This document shows positions 45,290 through 54,843 of a stretch of DNA of 64,000 nucleotides, piece after piece. How positions within the stretch are numbered: position 1 is the stretch's first letter; the number at the start of each line of letters is the position of its first letter. Location of the stretch: IMG/VR virus record IMGVR_UViG_3300025848_000037; one strand, written 5' to 3'. Origin of the DNA: an uncultured virus (IMG/VR IMGVR_UViG_3300025848_000037) (Duplodnaviria; Heunggongvirae; Uroviricota; Caudoviricetes). The notes below the pieces were generated by a model. That model did no database searches. It was not told the DNA's origin and saw only the letters and a list, made by a program, of their open reading frames with translations. The position numbers and the translations under genes are program-made.

Positions 45290-45572
45290 AAAACACCGTG
45301 ACACTAGCAATGTTCGTCAGCGATGCATAGATGTTTGTAGTGCAAAGCACACCTTCACCAGGAACTGACACATAGAAGGAGTTTGGGTTGGAGTTGGATG
45401 GAATATCAATTTCAATTGCTGTTGCCCCACTTGCTCCGCCATCTCTTAGCACAAGCGTGCCATTCACGCTGGCCGTTGCGCAAATAGAAAACCCCTTGAT
45501 GCGTGCTCTATCGGCAAAAACCACCCCCGAGGCGTTTAAGTGCTTTGCTTTAACGTCTGTTTGCATACCCAT
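45282..45572 (-). CDS. Virion structural protein (small beta protein)
   Basis: AGGAG RBS; VPGEGVL...VTVFYG. Confidence 0.7.
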   Translation of the reverse strand: MGMQTDVKAKHLNASGVVFADRARIKGFSICATASVNGTLVLRDGGASGATAIEIDIPSNSNPNSFYVSVPGEGVLCTTNIYASLTNIASVTVFYG

Positions 45573-45585
45573 AATAGGCTCCTAT

Positions 45586-45609
45586 CAAAGAAGGGGGCCG
45601 AAGCCCCCG
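45586..45609 (-). terminator. Intrinsic terminator
   Basis: GGGGGC-TTCG-GCCCCC then TTCTTT. Confidence 0.7.
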
Positions 45610-45613
45610 TTAC

Positions 45614-46291
45614 TTAATCAAAGTTACCGTACGGATACGTAGTCGTATTGCCAATGTTGGTATCGGGGATGCTGTAGCGCAGGGCAATGTTGAAAGTGCC
45701 AGCGCTCAGGGTGGTCATGCTGGAGCCAGCAATTGCCAGCGTCACAACCACTTGGGACACGTTCGGCTGGTTAGCCGGCTGAATAATGTCAGCAGACGTT
45801 GCCTGCTGATTGCCCATTTGTGCTGCAGTAAACGTAGACAGCGCAGCGCGGCCAACAGCGGTCAACGAACCAGTTGAAAAATAATTTGCCGTAGACGTTT
45901 CAAACTCGTTGGAAACATAGGCCGTCACACCCGTAACGCTACCAGCTGCGGTGGTCGGCACAACCTGCATGTCAATCAGGACATCTTGCAGCTCCGAGCC
46001 AACGGGCACATAAAAAACAGCGCCGCGATAAATCAGCGAAGTGGTATCAGCGGTAATTGACTGAGCGGCGTAGGTCGATGTGCCAGGCGTGTAAACCACG
46101 GCAGGCGAGTTGGGGATGTTGTTGGAGTCAACAAAAACACCAGAGGAACCACCATAGCCCGCAGTGTTAGGCGTAGTGTTGGTGAGCACCATCGAAATGG
46201 TCTGGCACATGACGGTGTAACCCACGTTGCGCAGGTTGCCAAACCGAATGTCACCGACCAGAACTGGCCCTTCAAAAGTCGAACGTCCCAT
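45614..46291 (-). CDS. Capsid decoration/fibre-like protein
   Basis: STFEGPV N-terminus, Thr-rich beta protein directly after MCP. Confidence 0.55.
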   Translation of the reverse strand: MGRSTFEGPVLVGDIRFGNLRNVGYTVMCQTISMVLTNTTPNTAGYGGSSGVFVDSNNIPNSPAVVYTPGTSTYAAQSITADTTSLIYRGAVFYVPVGSELQDVLIDMQVVPTTAAGSVTGVTAYVSNEFETSTANYFSTGSLTAVGRAALSTFTAAQMGNQQATSADIIQPANQPNVSQVVVTLAIAGSSMTTLSAGTFNIALRYSIPDTNIGNTTTYPYGNFD

Positions 46292-46395
46292 GATAAATGT
46301 CCTTATGCAAAAGTGCTTCTACCGTCGTTGCATCGTCTGCTGGGGCAGTCGATAGAAGTGATCACCCAGATACTCAAATATACATCAAATGCAGA

Positions 46396-46421
46396 TAAAG
46401 AAAAGGGGGCTTGCGCCCCCT
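46396..46421 (-). terminator. Intrinsic terminator after major capsid gene
   Basis: AGGGGGC-GCAA-GCCCCCT then T-rich tail. Confidence 0.75.
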
Positions 46422-46436
46422 CTTCCCTTTTGATTA

Positions 46437-47348
46437 TCAGAACGAGCCTGACGAACCAAAGATACCCAGCGGGTCAGACCAGCCGAACGAATAACGCTCG
46501 CGGGCCTTGTAGCGCACGTTACCGGTGTCAAAGTCACCGTCCATGCTGTTTTGCAGGGGCATACGCACAAAGTGCTTCATGCCGTTAGGAACGTCAGTGG
46601 TCAGGAACCAGGCGTTCGTATCGGTCAGGAAGTGGTTCTGGGTGTAGCCTTCCGGGATCGAGCCATTGTTCTTGATGGCGTTGATGTCGTTGTTGTTGGT
46701 GCCAACGCGCAGCTCGGTTTGGAGCAGGCGGGTAGCAACGAACTGCAACGCCGGGGGAACAATCAGCTTGCGGGGCTTGGCAGCGATCAGCAGGCCACGC
46801 TCGTCCGTCCAAGCAGCAATCTGAATCACGGCGTTTTCCAACGACGTTTCGTTCAGGTCAGCCTGGGTAGACGGGGTGTTGCTGTTGGTGCCGCCGTTGA
46901 CCAGCGGGTGAGCGGTGCTGAACAGAGCAACGCCGTCGCCGCCAGTGAACTGGGCGGAGAAACCGTTGTTCAAAACAGCAGCAGCTTTGACCTGCTTGGT
47001 GTACGCCATGGCACGAGCCAGACCCTTGGTGTAACGAGCAGACAGGCTGTCGTACAGGTTGTCTTCGATGGCCTCTTCGGTCAGCGAGAAACCCAGGGCG
47101 ATGGTTTCGTGGTTGTAGCGAGCAGTCCACGCTTCCTGCGCGTTGTCGTAGCTGATGGCAGAACCTTCAGCCTTGACCGGCGCGGCAGAGAAACCAGAGA
47201 GCTTCGTTTCTTCTTCGAAGGAACGCTCGGAGGTTTCGGTTTCGTAGATCTCCTTGTGCTCTTCGCCGTAGCGTTGATACTCCAGACCAAACAGCGCGTT
47301 CAGACCGGGAAGGAGTTCTTTCAGTAGTTGGGCACGAGAAATAGCCAT
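46437..47348 (-). CDS. Major capsid protein
   Basis: MAISRAQLLKELLPGL..., KPRKLIVPPAL, DFDTGNVRYKARERYSFG; strongest codon bias; AAGGAG RBS; terminator. Confidence 0.9.
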   Translation of the reverse strand: MAISRAQLLKELLPGLNALFGLEYQRYGEEHKEIYETETSERSFEEETKLSGFSAAPVKAEGSAISYDNAQEAWTARYNHETIALGFSLTEEAIEDNLYDSLSARYTKGLARAMAYTKQVKAAAVLNNGFSAQFTGGDGVALFSTAHPLVNGGTNSNTPSTQADLNETSLENAVIQIAAWTDERGLLIAAKPRKLIVPPALQFVATRLLQTELRVGTNNNDINAIKNNGSIPEGYTQNHFLTDTNAWFLTTDVPNGMKHFVRMPLQNSMDGDFDTGNVRYKARERYSFGWSDPLGIFGSSGSF

Positions 47349-47361
47349 GGTGAATTACTCC

Positions 47362-48213
47362 TTAGGCGGTGGTGGAGCTGTAGTAGCCATGCACCAACAG
47401 GTTCATCTTCACCAGAATTTCTGGGTACTGGGTGAACACAATGGTGGAAGCTGCCGGGATGTCAGTGCCGGAACCAAGCACGTTCGGCTGGGCGTTGATG
47501 GTCACCGAGGTGGCGCCAGCAGAAGCAGCAGCAGTAACAAACGAACCGGTTTCGATCAACTGACCGTTGGAAGCAAGGTACGCCACATCAGTACCAATCG
47601 GAATGGCGGAGGGAAGACCCGTGCCAGTCAGGGTAATGGTGGTGGTAGACGAACTGCCAGTAGCCGACGTAGTGATGGCGGTATCACCAACAACACCAAC
47701 GCAACGAACCGGGAGGATCGAAGTGACGGGGGTGGCGGTGGGAGCCAAAACAGCGTTAGCCGAGTTGCCGGTGCTCAGACTGGACGCCACAGCGGCGTTG
47801 TTGACCATCGACAGGTTGGTACCAACCAGAGCCAGGGCGCCCGAAGCAACAACGGTCGTGGCCGAGCAAACAACCGCTTTGAACACGGTGTCAGGATCGT
47901 CACAAACCACAGCCTGCGCATCGCCAGCCAGCGTGGAAGCGGGCCAGTATTGCGAGAATTGCTTCTGCTTGGTCAGGGGGTTGGTATAGGTCACTCCCAA
48001 GAAAACACCAGTAACTTGGTTGCTACCGGTACCGGTGGTCACAGCTGCGCGGGTAATGAAACCACGCGACAGAACCACGAAGTCACCATAAAAGATGTTT
48101 GTGGCGTAACCGTACTGAATGGGCAGGCTGCGGGTAGAACCAGCAAAGACCTGACCACCGATCAAATTGATCGGCTTTAGCCCGTAAGGGGCCGGGATCT
48201 GCGGATAAGGCAT
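47362..48213 (-). CDS. Minor capsid / decoration protein
   Basis: APYGLKP..., strong codon bias, directly upstream of MCP. Confidence 0.65.
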   Translation of the reverse strand: MPYPQIPAPYGLKPINLIGGQVFAGSTRSLPIQYGYATNIFYGDFVVLSRGFITRAAVTTGTGSNQVTGVFLGVTYTNPLTKQKQFSQYWPASTLAGDAQAVVCDDPDTVFKAVVCSATTVVASGALALVGTNLSMVNNAAVASSLSTGNSANAVLAPTATPVTSILPVRCVGVVGDTAITTSATGSSSTTTITLTGTGLPSAIPIGTDVAYLASNGQLIETGSFVTAAASAGATSVTINAQPNVLGSGTDIPAASTIVFTQYPEILVKMNLLVHGYYSSTTA

Positions 48214-48233
48214 TTACATGCTCCTAAAAATGT

Positions 48234-48683
48234 TTAAGCACCTTTGCCAAAGCTCGTCGAAGACTTGCGTTCATTGAACAGCGGCATCCTCGGGTCACTC
48301 TGGCGCATGAGACTGTTGTCCACCGCGTCCGCTTGAGCTTTGGTCATCTTCTCGAAGTGCTCGATCCGACCCTTCATAAACTCAGTTGGCGCCTTGCAGA
48401 GCAGCAGCCCGCCGATCTCGATGTTGTGCTTGAAGCGACTTTCGGGATCAACTAGCAGTTGCATGTCCGGTTGCTCTTCGATTGCCACCGGCTCCCACCC
48501 TTCACGGCGCATGCCAGTGATATTGCGGGGGTCAGCTTTGTCGAGAATCGAAACACGAATCCATCGGTACGCATAACCTGGCAGCTTTTCAGGCTCAGGC
48601 AGAAGCTCAGCTCGCGCCCACTGCTTGGGACGCTCTTGAGTTTCACGACTTTCCAGCTCACGCGTTGTACGAGTTTGTGCCAT
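48234..48683 (-). CDS. Head morphogenesis hypothetical protein
   Basis: GYAYRWIR...REGWEPV...GGLLLCK. Confidence 0.7.
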   Translation of the reverse strand: MAQTRTTRELESRETQERPKQWARAELLPEPEKLPGYAYRWIRVSILDKADPRNITGMRREGWEPVAIEEQPDMQLLVDPESRFKHNIEIGGLLLCKAPTEFMKGRIEHFEKMTKAQADAVDNSLMRQSDPRMPLFNERKSSTSFGKGA

Positions 48684-48685
48684 TT

Positions 48686-49615
48686 TTAGGCCTCCAATTT
48701 CAGTTTTGCCACAGCATATTGTTCATCGGTCAACCCCAGCTTTTTGGCCAGAGTCCTCTGACTTTCGGTCAGTCGAACACGTTTTGACTGTGTCGTTCGT
48801 GTAGCCGGCGCAACCACCGTGCTTGCTTTTGTAGCCTTTGCAGGCTTTTCGTCGTCTTCCGTTTGGTCCTCAAACCTTTCTGGAAAACGTTTGCGCATCG
48901 TATTATCAATGCGCCGGTAATATTCTTGCGAAGATACCACAACCCCTTCTTCCTTCAACTGTTCGTGAAGGGCCAGGGCCATGCCGGTCATCAACTTATC
49001 TTCGCCAAACCAGGGATTTTCCTTTTTCCATGCTTCTGCGCTTGGATCAGTTTTAATCCGCTGGACTTGTTGCGCCGGTTGTACTTCAAACTTTTCCTCT
49101 TGTAAAGGGGCCGGTTTGAAATTGGAAACTTTGTCGATCTTAATCGACATTTGATTAAGTTTCTTCTGGGCCTCCAGCACTTTCTCAGAATCGCCAGATT
49201 CATAGGCCTCACGGTATTCCCGCTCCGCCTGCTGCATTTCCATCTCCACCGCCTTTTTAGCGGTTTCAATGACGTTCTTTTGGCTGCTGTTAATCGTCGA
49301 TTTGAGTTTGTTGTTTTCCTCAATCAACCGTTTGGCCAGAGCAACAGCTTCTGCCTGCTCACGCATGACAGATTCCTTTTCCCGGCGCTCGTCATGAGCC
49401 AGCTTCTTGAGCTGCAGGAGCTTCTTTTTGACTTTGCTGGAATAGTCCTCCAGCTCATCGTTATATAGCTCCTCTGCTACCTCCTTGGGAAGCGGCTTTT
49501 TATTGCGGTCTTCCTCCGGGGTATCGTCCTCGATTTCAATTTCGAGTTTGTCGTCGTCTTTCGTATCCTCGATTTCATCGGGGAACTTAAATTCTTCATC
49601 GCCAAATTTGGACAT
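48686..49615 (-). CDS. Capsid scaffolding protein
   Basis: Acidic N-terminus, long coiled coil, WKKENPWFG, LAKKLGLT..QY C-terminus; GGAGG RBS. Confidence 0.7.
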   Translation of the reverse strand: MSKFGDEEFKFPDEIEDTKDDDKLEIEIEDDTPEEDRNKKPLPKEVAEELYNDELEDYSSKVKKKLLQLKKLAHDERREKESVMREQAEAVALAKRLIEENNKLKSTINSSQKNVIETAKKAVEMEMQQAEREYREAYESGDSEKVLEAQKKLNQMSIKIDKVSNFKPAPLQEEKFEVQPAQQVQRIKTDPSAEAWKKENPWFGEDKLMTGMALALHEQLKEEGVVVSSQEYYRRIDNTMRKRFPERFEDQTEDDEKPAKATKASTVVAPATRTTQSKRVRLTESQRTLAKKLGLTDEQYAVAKLKLEA

Positions 49616-49626
49616 GTGAACCTCCT

Positions 49627-50037
49627 TCACTTACGCCGGATGCCGCGAGGATCGTCCACAGTACCGTCAACCGTATCATCATTGATCATACGGAACTCAC
49701 GGCCATGGATAACCAGGCGCTGACCAGCATTGGGTCGAACAAGAACAAAATCACCCTCCTTGCACCACGGGCCACTGGGGAACCGCTTGGGATCCTTGTA
49801 GCAGTCCGGTCCCAGTGCAACCACGAACAAAACCGTGGCCAGGGTTTCTTCAATCATGATCGTTTCGTCGGCCTTCAACAGGCCTTGCTCAAACTCCTTA
49901 TCCACCTCGGGCAGGGCACACAAAATTTTGTAGCCAGCCGGTTTGGGGAGTTGTTTCCCTTTTTCTTCGGGAGTTGTGGAACTTGTTCCAATAATTACCG
50001 GATTGTCTGGATTAGTCGCCAGTAGGATCTCACTCAT
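49627..50037 (-). CDS. groES: GroES-like co-chaperonin
   Basis: PKPAGYKIL...VVALGPD...KEGDFVL...GQRL...FRMINDD. Confidence 0.8.
   Translation of the reverse strand: MSEILLATNPDNPVIIGTSSTTPEEKGKQLPKPAGYKILCALPEVDKEFEQGLLKADETIMIEETLATVLFVVALGPDCYKDPKRFPSGPWCKEGDFVLVRPNAGQRLVIHGREFRMINDDTVDGTVDDPRGIRRK
49977..49990. repeat. Palindrome TGGAACTTGTTCCA copy
   Basis: Exact match; read as GTSS in GroES N-terminal extension. Confidence 0.8.
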
Positions 50038-50236
50038 CTTGGGTTTCAAGCCTTCGCTGTAGGTCTGTGATGTAGAGACGTGCAGTGAGCAGACCTTTAA
50101 CCTCTCCGCACATCTTTTTGTACTCCGCAAAATCCTTGGCGTTATCGTCCGCCAATGCTTCTTGGAGTTGTTGAACCTTGCTGTCGATTTGCGACCTCAA
50201 ATGTTCGAACGCTTTGTCAATGAATTGATCATTCAC
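50030..50236 (-). CDS. Hypothetical protein
   Basis: DFAEYKKMCGEVKGL; overlaps both neighbours. Confidence 0.7.
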   Translation of the reverse strand: MNDQFIDKAFEHLRSQIDSKVQQLQEALADDNAKDFAEYKKMCGEVKGLLTARLYITDLQRRLETQDE

Positions 50237-52692
50237 TGTTTGGCCTTTTCAGGTTTATTTTGGTTTGCCCGGATCTGGGCAGTTGTCTTGGCTACATCTA
50301 CGCCCAGGCGCATGCGGTCAAGTTCTTTTTGAGCAGTGTGCTTTTCGCTGCTTTGCTCAGCTTGGGCACGAATACGCGCAAATTCAATCTCGCGCTGTGA
50401 CTCGATACGAGCCTGTTCCGTTTTGATTTGCGCCGACTTGGCCTGCGCATCAATCTGGATTTTTTGCTGCTTGAGCTGCAGCTCGCCTTCCTTGAGCTTG
50501 AGCTCCTGCTGCTGCATCTGGATGAGCGGATCCTGAGCCATCTGCTCGGCTTGCTGCTGCGCCGCAATAGCCTTGTTCTTGTTGAGCAACTGGCCCGATG
50601 CCTGGGCAATCAGCTTGGCCAACTCAGCCTCAATCTCCGGCGGCAGCTTGTCCTCCGGCGACGGCAACGTAACGCCCATCTGCTCTTCCATTTGCTTGCG
50701 GTAGTGGAAGCCCAGGTGCTCGGCAATGTGCGCCTGCAGGGCTGCGTTGATCGCGTTCACCTGGGGGTTTTGCGCAATCTGCTTGGCCATCAGCGGGTCT
50801 TGCATAAACATCGTGTGAGCCGCGATGTGTGCATCGTGATCCTGGAAGATGAACGCCTTCATGGGCTTACCACGCAGTGCATTCATGTTCTCGGTAATCG
50901 GGTCCGTCGGCTGCTCGTCATCTTCCAGCGGCACCAGCTTCTGGGCATTCTTGATACCCAAAACATCCAGCATCTGGCGGTGCAGTTGGGGCAGGTCATA
51001 GATCTGCGGCGCCATCTGGGCCAGCTGGATCACCGCCTGGTACTGGACAACCTTCTGCGCCATCGTGGCCGCATTGGGGTCCGACACCGGGATCACATCG
51101 ACCATGTCGTAGTCGGAGCGCTTTGCCTTGCGGCCGCCCTGCTCGGGCTCGTAGCTGTACTCGTCCGGGGTGTAGTCGCGGATGATGTCGCGCAGAAGTT
51201 TCAGCTCTTGCTTGAACGAGTAATGGATCCGCGCCTGGACCGCGGACATCACCTTGAGTTGCCGCTCCAGCAGCGCCAGCGTCGTACCAACAGGGGAGTT
51301 GGCAGACATATCCGCCACCTTCATGTCAGCAGCAGACGCAAACCGGCGGCCTTCGTCAACGATCTTGTCCATCAGCCCCGCAAGAACCTGGCTCGGCTCT
51401 TTGTAGGGCAGCGCCATGATGTTGTCTTTGATCGTGCCGCTGGGAACGTCAACATCACGCCACTCCGCCGGGGCAATCGGGGTATCGTCACCCTTGACGC
51501 GCAGACCACGGGTTTTGAAACCACCCGGCAGGTTGCTCAGCGACCCCGCATCAACCAATTGGCGCAGGATCGAGGTGCCGGCCTTGGCAAACGCCCCGAT
51601 CAGGTGGATCAGGCCAAAGCAGTAAAAGCCAAAGCCCGGGACGTATCCATAGTGGACGTAGTGCTGGCGCTTGGTGTGCTTTTTGTCGCCCGGCTTCCAG
51701 TTTCGGCGAATAGCCAGGCACTTATTACTGCCCTTTTCAATCGTCACGATGTACGGCAGGGCAATGCCCGTCATTTCGCCGCTCTCGTCCTTGTGCTCGT
51801 ACCCGGGCAGGTCCAGGTTAACGTTCATCTCCAGCAATTTGTACCGGTCATCGCTGGTAGCGCGGAAACCCATCTTCTCCGCAATCTTTTTCTCCACATC
51901 ATCGAGTTCGTTGCTCGGCTCGCCCAGGTCAATATCGAGGTAGAACCCGGCAACCTGCAGTTTGCGCAGGTCGTTCTCGGTCTTCCTCATCACATGGGTC
52001 ACGCGCTCGGCGGTTTCGATATCACTGGCCCCGTACGGAACCACAATATCGTCAGCCGGCACGTAAATCGACGTCTGGCGCTCAAGGTTGGGGTCGTAAT
52101 AGACCTTTTTGAACGCGTTACCCGCCAGCCCCAGACCCCAAACCATCCTCTCGTGCTCAGGACGGAACTCAGTCATCACGTCCGTGAGCTGGTAGTTCAT
52201 GTCGTCCGCAACGTTGGTCGCGGCTTCGCGTTTTTCGGGAGTTTCTTTCCCAATAATCTGGGTTTTGACAGGCCCCGCAGCGGGGAACGTGGACATAACC
52301 GTCTCAGCCTGGAACTTAACCAGCGCTTCTGACAAAAGTGGGTGGTAAACCCCGCACGCGCCAGGCCAAGGATCCGTTCTTTCCTCGATTTTCAGGCCCA
52401 GCAGCTGCAAACCGTCCACATAGGTCTGCATCCAGTCCCGGCGAGACGAAACATCGTCTTCATAATCACTTACCAAATCACCAACGATGGTCGCAATCGC
52501 GCTGTCGTCCAGATATTCAGCCAAGTTGGCGTCGAAATCGTCTTCAACCCCACCGTCCAGGCTGATTTCCACACCATCCATCTCGATATTGACCTCTTCA
52601 GGATCAACAATTTCGATCTCAATCTCTGGTTCTTCGCCCGTCGCCAAAGATTCCAAGCCCTCTGGCGCTTCGTATAGTGATTTATCGATCAT
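50233..52692 (-). CDS. Portal protein
   Basis: 819 aa after TerL; P22-like with Gln-rich barrel C-terminus. Confidence 0.85.
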   Translation of the reverse strand: MIDKSLYEAPEGLESLATGEEPEIEIEIVDPEEVNIEMDGVEISLDGGVEDDFDANLAEYLDDSAIATIVGDLVSDYEDDVSSRRDWMQTYVDGLQLLGLKIEERTDPWPGACGVYHPLLSEALVKFQAETVMSTFPAAGPVKTQIIGKETPEKREAATNVADDMNYQLTDVMTEFRPEHERMVWGLGLAGNAFKKVYYDPNLERQTSIYVPADDIVVPYGASDIETAERVTHVMRKTENDLRKLQVAGFYLDIDLGEPSNELDDVEKKIAEKMGFRATSDDRYKLLEMNVNLDLPGYEHKDESGEMTGIALPYIVTIEKGSNKCLAIRRNWKPGDKKHTKRQHYVHYGYVPGFGFYCFGLIHLIGAFAKAGTSILRQLVDAGSLSNLPGGFKTRGLRVKGDDTPIAPAEWRDVDVPSGTIKDNIMALPYKEPSQVLAGLMDKIVDEGRRFASAADMKVADMSANSPVGTTLALLERQLKVMSAVQARIHYSFKQELKLLRDIIRDYTPDEYSYEPEQGGRKAKRSDYDMVDVIPVSDPNAATMAQKVVQYQAVIQLAQMAPQIYDLPQLHRQMLDVLGIKNAQKLVPLEDDEQPTDPITENMNALRGKPMKAFIFQDHDAHIAAHTMFMQDPLMAKQIAQNPQVNAINAALQAHIAEHLGFHYRKQMEEQMGVTLPSPEDKLPPEIEAELAKLIAQASGQLLNKNKAIAAQQQAEQMAQDPLIQMQQQELKLKEGELQLKQQKIQIDAQAKSAQIKTEQARIESQREIEFARIRAQAEQSSEKHTAQKELDRMRLGVDVAKTTAQIRANQNKPEKAKQ

Positions 52693-52700
52693 GCTGGCCC

Positions 52701-54197
52701 TTAATAATAGGAAACCCGACGTTTGAATGATACTGGCTCATCAGGCTCGTCAGTTTGAAGGCGGATAAACCCACCCTTTCGGAAACGAATCAGCGCTTGC
52801 GTCGTCGAGTCCACAAGGTCATCGTGATCTGAATACGGGAATGCCGCCATCTCTTCAATTAACTCGTCCGCCCACCTTGTTTCCGGCGCCCATACCTTGC
52901 CACTGGCAAACAAATCGGCCACAGAGTTAATACGGACCATCTTATCATTGCCCCTGCTGGGTGTAAATTCACTTACAGGGATACCCATCGCCCTCAGCTC
53001 ATAGATAAGTGGCGCCCCGGAAGCCTTCGCTTCCACGATAAACGCGTCCGGCTCCCACTCCTTATAGTGGTTAAACGCCTTCTCCTTCAACTCCGGGAAC
53101 TCCATTCGGCGCTTGAACGCATCGAGCAAAATAATGTGGGCGTCGTTTTCGTTCTCGTTCATGTAGAACACCCCCCACGTCGTACACGCCGAATAGTCCG
53201 CCCTCTCACTCTTCGTAAACGCCGTGTCCCAGCTCTGGATCACAAACTGACACTGGGGCGGCCTCTCCTGCTTCCACGCCTTCCACCACTCCCTCTTAAT
53301 AATCGCGCCCTCTTCGGACGTCGGCTCCTGCTGGTACTGGGCGTTCCACTTGCTCACCGGCAGTTCAAGCTTCAGAGCTTCGAGCTCCTCCAGGCTCCAG
53401 AACTCCGGCCAAAGTGGCTTTCCACTCGGCAATATCGCAGGGAAGTTAATCACCTCCCAGTGCTCCCCATCCTTATCGATCATCGACTGCAACACCCGGC
53501 CCGTCAGGTCTTTCTTCGACCACCGGGTCATCACGATCACAATCGACCCACCCGGCTGCAGACGCTGCCGCGGGCCAGACGTGTACCACTCATACACCTG
53601 GTCAAACACCTCCGGGTTACTTTGCGCCAACTTGGCTTCCTGCTCGGAATGGGGGTCGTCAATGATGAGTAGATCCGCGCCCTTACCCGTCACCGTACCG
53701 CCCACACCAATAGCGAAATACTCCCCGTTCCCGTTCGTCGCCCAGCGACCCGCCGCCTTGGAGTCAGCCCTCAAGCTCACATTCGGGAAGATCTCCCCGT
53801 ACGGCTGGCTGTCCACCAAGTTCCGCACCTTCCGGCCAAAGCCCACCGCCAGTTCACTCGTGTTCGAGCACTGGATCACCTTCTTATTCGGGTACTTCCC
53901 CAAAAACCAGCTCGGCAGCATGAACGACGCAAACTCACTCTTCGTGTGCCGCGGCGGCATATTAATAATCAACCTCTTCAGCTTCCCCTGGGCAATCTCC
54001 TCAAACTTCGCTGCCATCACTTTATGGTGCCGCCCGTCAATAAACCCAGGCCACATCGCACGGACAAACTTCCCAAACGACCCCTGCGCCTCCTCCCGGC
54101 GTTTGGCCATCCTCAACTCATGAAGATCCTCAAACACCTGCTCCTGCACATTCAACGGCAACTTCTCTATCGCCCGGGCAATTTCATCTACGTTCAC
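52701..54197 (-). CDS. terL: Terminase large subunit
   Basis: INMPPRHTKS, LLIIDDP, VMTRW, QSWDTA, HDDLVDS. Confidence 0.95.
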   Translation of the reverse strand: MNVDEIARAIEKLPLNVQEQVFEDLHELRMAKRREEAQGSFGKFVRAMWPGFIDGRHHKVMAAKFEEIAQGKLKRLIINMPPRHTKSEFASFMLPSWFLGKYPNKKVIQCSNTSELAVGFGRKVRNLVDSQPYGEIFPNVSLRADSKAAGRWATNGNGEYFAIGVGGTVTGKGADLLIIDDPHSEQEAKLAQSNPEVFDQVYEWYTSGPRQRLQPGGSIVIVMTRWSKKDLTGRVLQSMIDKDGEHWEVINFPAILPSGKPLWPEFWSLEELEALKLELPVSKWNAQYQQEPTSEEGAIIKREWWKAWKQERPPQCQFVIQSWDTAFTKSERADYSACTTWGVFYMNENENDAHIILLDAFKRRMEFPELKEKAFNHYKEWEPDAFIVEAKASGAPLIYELRAMGIPVSEFTPSRGNDKMVRINSVADLFASGKVWAPETRWADELIEEMAAFPYSDHDDLVDSTTQALIRFRKGGFIRLQTDEPDEPVSFKRRVSYY

Positions 54198-54460
54198 TCA
54201 ATCCTCCGAAAATTTATATACACAGGCCGTATCGACCTCGCGCTCCCAGGCAACCTCTTACACACCCCCAAATCACACAGCTTCCTCATCACCCTATTCA
54301 CATTCCCCCGCCCCCTATCCCCCGTCAACCTCATGATGTCATCCACCGACGGCCCATACCCAAACTTCTTCCACCACTCATCAATACACAAAAACACCAC
54401 CTTCTGCTTCGGCGTCATAAGCCTCTCCATCCCACTCTCAACATCCCTTACTCGCTCCAT
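54194..54460 (-). CDS. LexA DNA-binding-domain-like winged HTH protein (start uncertain, 54418-54460)
   Basis: MTPKQKVVF..I...GYGPSVDDI...L..LG...ARSI; no peptidase domain. Confidence 0.7.
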   Translation of the reverse strand: MERVRDVESGMERLMTPKQKVVFLCIDEWWKKFGYGPSVDDIMRLTGDRGRGNVNRVMRKLCDLGVCKRLPGSARSIRPVYINFRRIE

Positions 54461-54717
54461 TCCCCATCCTCCCACGACCGATCCCACTCCCACACCACCA
54501 CCGGAGTCCTCGGCCCCACATACGCCCCCTCCACATTGAAATCAATAAACTCCAACGCCTCCTCATCACTCATCCCATCCCTCTCCATCAACACCTTCAC
54601 TATCCCCTCCCCCGAATACACCAACCTCTCCACCCTCCCATCATCCATCCACACACTAGCCGTCCCCAATATCGCATCGTCATACCCATCAAACCGAATC
54701 AGCCCCTCCATCTCCAT
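54448..54717 (-). CDS. Hypothetical protein
   Basis: AAGGAG RBS; DGYDDAILG...EALEFIDFNVEGAYVGP.TP. Confidence 0.75.
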   Translation of the reverse strand: MEMEGLIRFDGYDDAILGTASVWMDDGRVERLVYSGEGIVKVLMERDGMSDEEALEFIDFNVEGAYVGPRTPVVVWEWDRSWEDGEWSE

Positions 54718-54802
54718 CTCCTTTATCTGTACTTATCTTTGTAATTGATAAGTATGTTGCACAAATTTATTCCGCCAATTACTAACCCTAATTTTCTATA
54801 AA

Positions 54803-54816
54803 TGGAACAAGTTCCA
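54803..54816. repeat. Palindrome copy in inverted orientation (TGGAACAAGTTCCA)
   Basis: Exact reverse complement, in AT-rich intergenic gap. Confidence 0.8.
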
Positions 54817-54843
54817 CTCTCAGGATTGGATCAATTTTTATTT

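Noticed and set aside
50428..52332. 634-aa plus-strand ORF
   Set aside because: Antisense shadow of the high-GC3 portal gene; no RBS or recognisable motifs
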